A DNA stretch of 64,000 bases from Macrostomum lignano. Lineage: Eukaryota. The notes beneath the pieces were generated by a model that was given only the letters and a program-made list of their open reading frames with translations, was not told the DNA's origin and searched no databases. A program made the translations under genes and the position numbers. Of the stretch, positions 61,282 to 64,000 are shown piece after piece (position 1 is the stretch's first letter; each line of letters opens with the position of its first letter). The DNA lies in contig NIVC01001913.1 of NCBI GenBank assembly GCA_002269645.1, positions 124,001-188,000 of the forward strand, written 5' to 3'.

Positions 61282-62607
61282 ATGGCCACCGACAATTCCA
61301 GCGACTTACAAAACCGGCCACCACGCCAGCTGGAGACGGCCCTCGGCGCATCTGGCGTCGCCGTCATTCTCCTGGCCGGCGCCGCCGCCAACGCCGTCGC
61401 CCTGGCGCTGACCCTCCGCCGCGGCGCCCAGTCGAAGTTGCACTCGATTTTTGTTGGCAACCTGGCGCTGGCCGACCTGCTGGTCACGCTGCTCACCCCG
61501 GCCGCCTGGTATTTCTACGTCTGGCCGCCGGCCGCCGGCCACTCTCGGGCGGCCCGCTGGACCGAGGCCGCCGTGCAGGCCGCCCAGTCAGCCTCCGTCT
61601 GTGCCGTAGTGGCCGTGACAATCGACCGAACCTGCCTGGTGTTCCGGCCGATCAAGTACCGCCTGAGCCACCGCCGGCTCACCCCCATGCTGCTGGCCGG
61701 CCTCGCCTGGGTGCTGTGCACCGTCGGCCAGGCGCCCAGACTCGGCTTGGGCCCGGACGGCCGTCGCCTCTTCCAGCGGCTGCACATTGTCGCCGAATTC
61801 GCCGCCGCCCTGTGCGCCTTGGCCGTCTGCAACTTCACCATCTGCCGGCAGATTGAACGGAGCAGGAAGCTCAAGTTCCTGCGCAGGCACTCGGGCTACT
61901 CAACCGACTGCGGTGGCGGCGGCGGCGGCGGCTCCACCAGGCAGCTGCTGACCACAGGAAAGCCGTGCGGCCCCGCCGCCAGGAAGTGCTCCGTCCCCGT
62001 CAATGTCGGACAGACAGCCGCCGCCGCTGCCACCTCCGCCGGCGCCGCCAAACTCCTGGAGAGGCCGCAGCGGAGGAACACCCTCTGCGATTTGGGCGTT
62101 GTTGGCTGCACCGGAGGCGCCGGCCCGGTCGGCGGAACCGCGACTCCTTTGCACCGCGGCGACACCCGCCTGAGCCTGCAGTCGATGCAGCGACTGTCTC
62201 TGGACGCCAATTCGCGTCGCTACGCTCGCCAGCGCGACTCCGAGGAGGTGATCAACGAGATCCTGGCCAAGCAGCACCGCCGGGCGCTGCGGACCCTCGT
62301 CCTGCTGGTGCTGCTCTTTGTCGTCTGCCGGGCGCCGCGGGCGGCGCTTTCCGGCGCCGAGTGGCTCGGTCTGCTGCCAGCGGGGCTGTTCAGGCCCTGC
62401 AGCTTCTACCTGGAGCTGCTGGTGCACCTCAATAGCGTCCTGGACCCATTTGCCTACGTGTTCTGCGGCAACCGGCTGTGCCATCGGCGAACTCGGGCCG
62501 GATTTAAAGCGGCCGGAGGTCGCCTGCGCGCCTGCTGCTGCCGCTGCTGCCGCGGTGGCTGCGTCGGCGGGGACGAGGCCGATGCAGGATCGCGGTTCGA
62601 CTTCTGA
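61282..62607 (+). CDS. Class A (rhodopsin-like) orphan GPCR, single coding exon, about 441 aa
   Basis: First ATG at 61282 (MATDNSS, N-glycosylation sequon). Seven hydrophobic segments with GAAAN (TM1), NLALADL (TM2), TIDR (TM3), AW (TM4), EF..CNFTI (TM5), long ICL3, LFVVCRAP (TM6), LNSVLDPFAY (TM7). The frame is open upstream to 60907 without an ATG, so a spliced N-terminal extension is possible. Confidence 0.88.
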   Translation: MATDNSSDLQNRPPRQLETALGASGVAVILLAGAAANAVALALTLRRGAQSKLHSIFVGNLALADLLVTLLTPAAWYFYVWPPAAGHSRAARWTEAAVQAAQSASVCAVVAVTIDRTCLVFRPIKYRLSHRRLTPMLLAGLAWVLCTVGQAPRLGLGPDGRRLFQRLHIVAEFAAALCALAVCNFTICRQIERSRKLKFLRRHSGYSTDCGGGGGGGSTRQLLTTGKPCGPAARKCSVPVNVGQTAAAAATSAGAAKLLERPQRRNTLCDLGVVGCTGGAGPVGGTATPLHRGDTRLSLQSMQRLSLDANSRRYARQRDSEEVINEILAKQHRRALRTLVLLVLLFVVCRAPRAALSGAEWLGLLPAGLFRPCSFYLELLVHLNSVLDPFAYVFCGNRLCHRRTRAGFKAAGGRLRACCCRCCRGGCVGGDEADAGSRFDF

Positions 62608-62819
62608 TGCTGAAACTCGACCTCGTCGCCGTGCAAAATGCTTTGTTTTTCCCCGCTGATGAGTGGGGAGATAAATAACAGTGACTATTGTTTGGTGGAG
62701 GCCTGGCGCGAGCTGCCAGTCCGGACCGTTGTACACTCCCCATCCCTTTCAATGTGTTTTCTTAATGAGTTTTGTACACATCTATTCTGCGAGTACTTAC
62801 TGTTGTCCTTTTAGTAGTT

Positions 62820-62840
62820 CTGTCTGTGTGTCTGTCTGTG

Positions 62841-62891
<51 letters not shown>

Positions 62892-62912
62892 GTGTCTGTC
62901 TGTCTGTCTGTG

Positions 62913-62973
<61 letters not shown>

Positions 62974-62982
62974 GCCTGTCTG
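62820..62982. repeat. (TCTG)n microsatellite
   Basis: Tetranucleotide run downstream of the GPCR. Confidence 0.97.
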
Positions 62983-63404
62983 TTGTTAAAATACTGAGCC
63001 AGCGGGCCAGAATAGGCCAGCTATTAGGGCTGTTTCTATTGTTTATTTTGTGTCGCTTTTTAAAATCTAAATAGCCGTAGATCGGCCTCCGCTTGGATAT
63101 ACTGCTTAGCAATCAAAGAGAACAGTCTATCTATCAGATTTTGCCATAGACAAAAGCTATTTCTATTTTAGCAGTTTTCGCCCTGACAATGTCAAGCCTA
63201 AGCGCCATTTAATTTGTAATAATTTGTGTAATACTTCTTCTAAAATATATCATCGTCCTATCTGTAAGTATTGCACCTTAATAAATGTACTTTTTCACTG
63301 AAGATACTAGAACTACATGTACATACTCTTTTGCGGTCTTCCTACCTGCTAAATTATTGGTGGAAAATTGGCGGAAAAAGAGGGGCAAACAGATGAGATG
63401 CTAA

Positions 63405-63832
63405 TGCGGTAACCAGCTGAGGTGCTACTATGGTAACTAGGTGCTAATGGGGTAACCAGCTGAGGTGCTAATGGGGTAACCAGCTGAGGTGCTAATGGGG
63501 TAACCAGCTGAGGTGCTAATGGGGTAACCAGCTGAGGTGCTAATGGGGTAACCAGCTGAGGTGCTAATGGGGTAACCAGCTGAGGTGCTAATGGGGTAAC
63601 CAGCTGAGGTGCTAATGGGGTAACCAGCTGAGGTGCTAATGGGGTAACCAGCTGAGGTGCTAATGGGGTAACCAGCTGAGGTGCTAATGGGGTAACCAGC
63701 TGAGGTGCTAATGGGGTAACCAGCTGAGATGCTAATGGGGTAACCAGCTGAGGTGCTATTGGGGTAACCAGCTGAGATGCTAATGGGGTAACCAGCTGAG
63801 GTGCTATTGGGGTAACCAGCTGAGGTGCTAAT
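63405..63832. repeat. 24-bp minisatellite (CTGAGGTGCTAATGGGGTAACCAG), about 17 copies
   Basis: Near-perfect direct copies. Confidence 0.97.
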
Positions 63833-64000
63833 GGAGCGTTCAAGTTGACCAAATTTAAGACACCTTAGAGCGAATTTTTATCGGATGTTACCAAAACGTT
63901 AACTCTTTACTCTATATTAGTATTTTCTCTTTTCAAGGCCCAGAAAATCATTGCTAAAATGAAACAATATCAACGATTGCTTTGAGAGCAGAAGGCTGCC

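Overview
Eukaryotic (animal) genomic DNA. The Ala/Gln/Ser-rich proteins and minisatellite-filled GT-AG introns resemble a free-living flatworm such as Macrostomum (inference only). About half of the window (my tally is about 31-32 kb) is tandem repeat, in more than 20 different arrays. I reconstructed four protein-coding genes by hand from splice sites and reading phase. (1) A minus-strand ionotropic glutamate receptor-like gene: signal peptide plus amino-terminal domain, 10 exons from 6048 leftwards, continuing off the window. (2) A head-to-head Lmx1 LIM-homeobox gene with 2 coding exons and an 8-kb intron. (3) REXO1 (DEDDh RNA exonuclease 1), 6 exons, with an apparent 1-nt frameshift in exon 4. 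(4) A single-exon class A orphan GPCR with atypical motifs. Mobile DNA includes a non-autonomous hAT element (8-bp TSD) in REXO1 intron 1, a 902-bp solo LTR (4-bp TSD) inside a 14-kb 18-bp satellite, two tRNA-derived SINEs bracketed by inverted hexamer arrays, and a dispersed repeat present in three diverged copies. Most long ORFs in the supplied track are translations of tandem repeats. The most notable patterns are the one-private-minisatellite-per-intron architecture, a CTGAG/CTCAG core shared by many otherwise unrelated arrays, and higher-order structure in several arrays.
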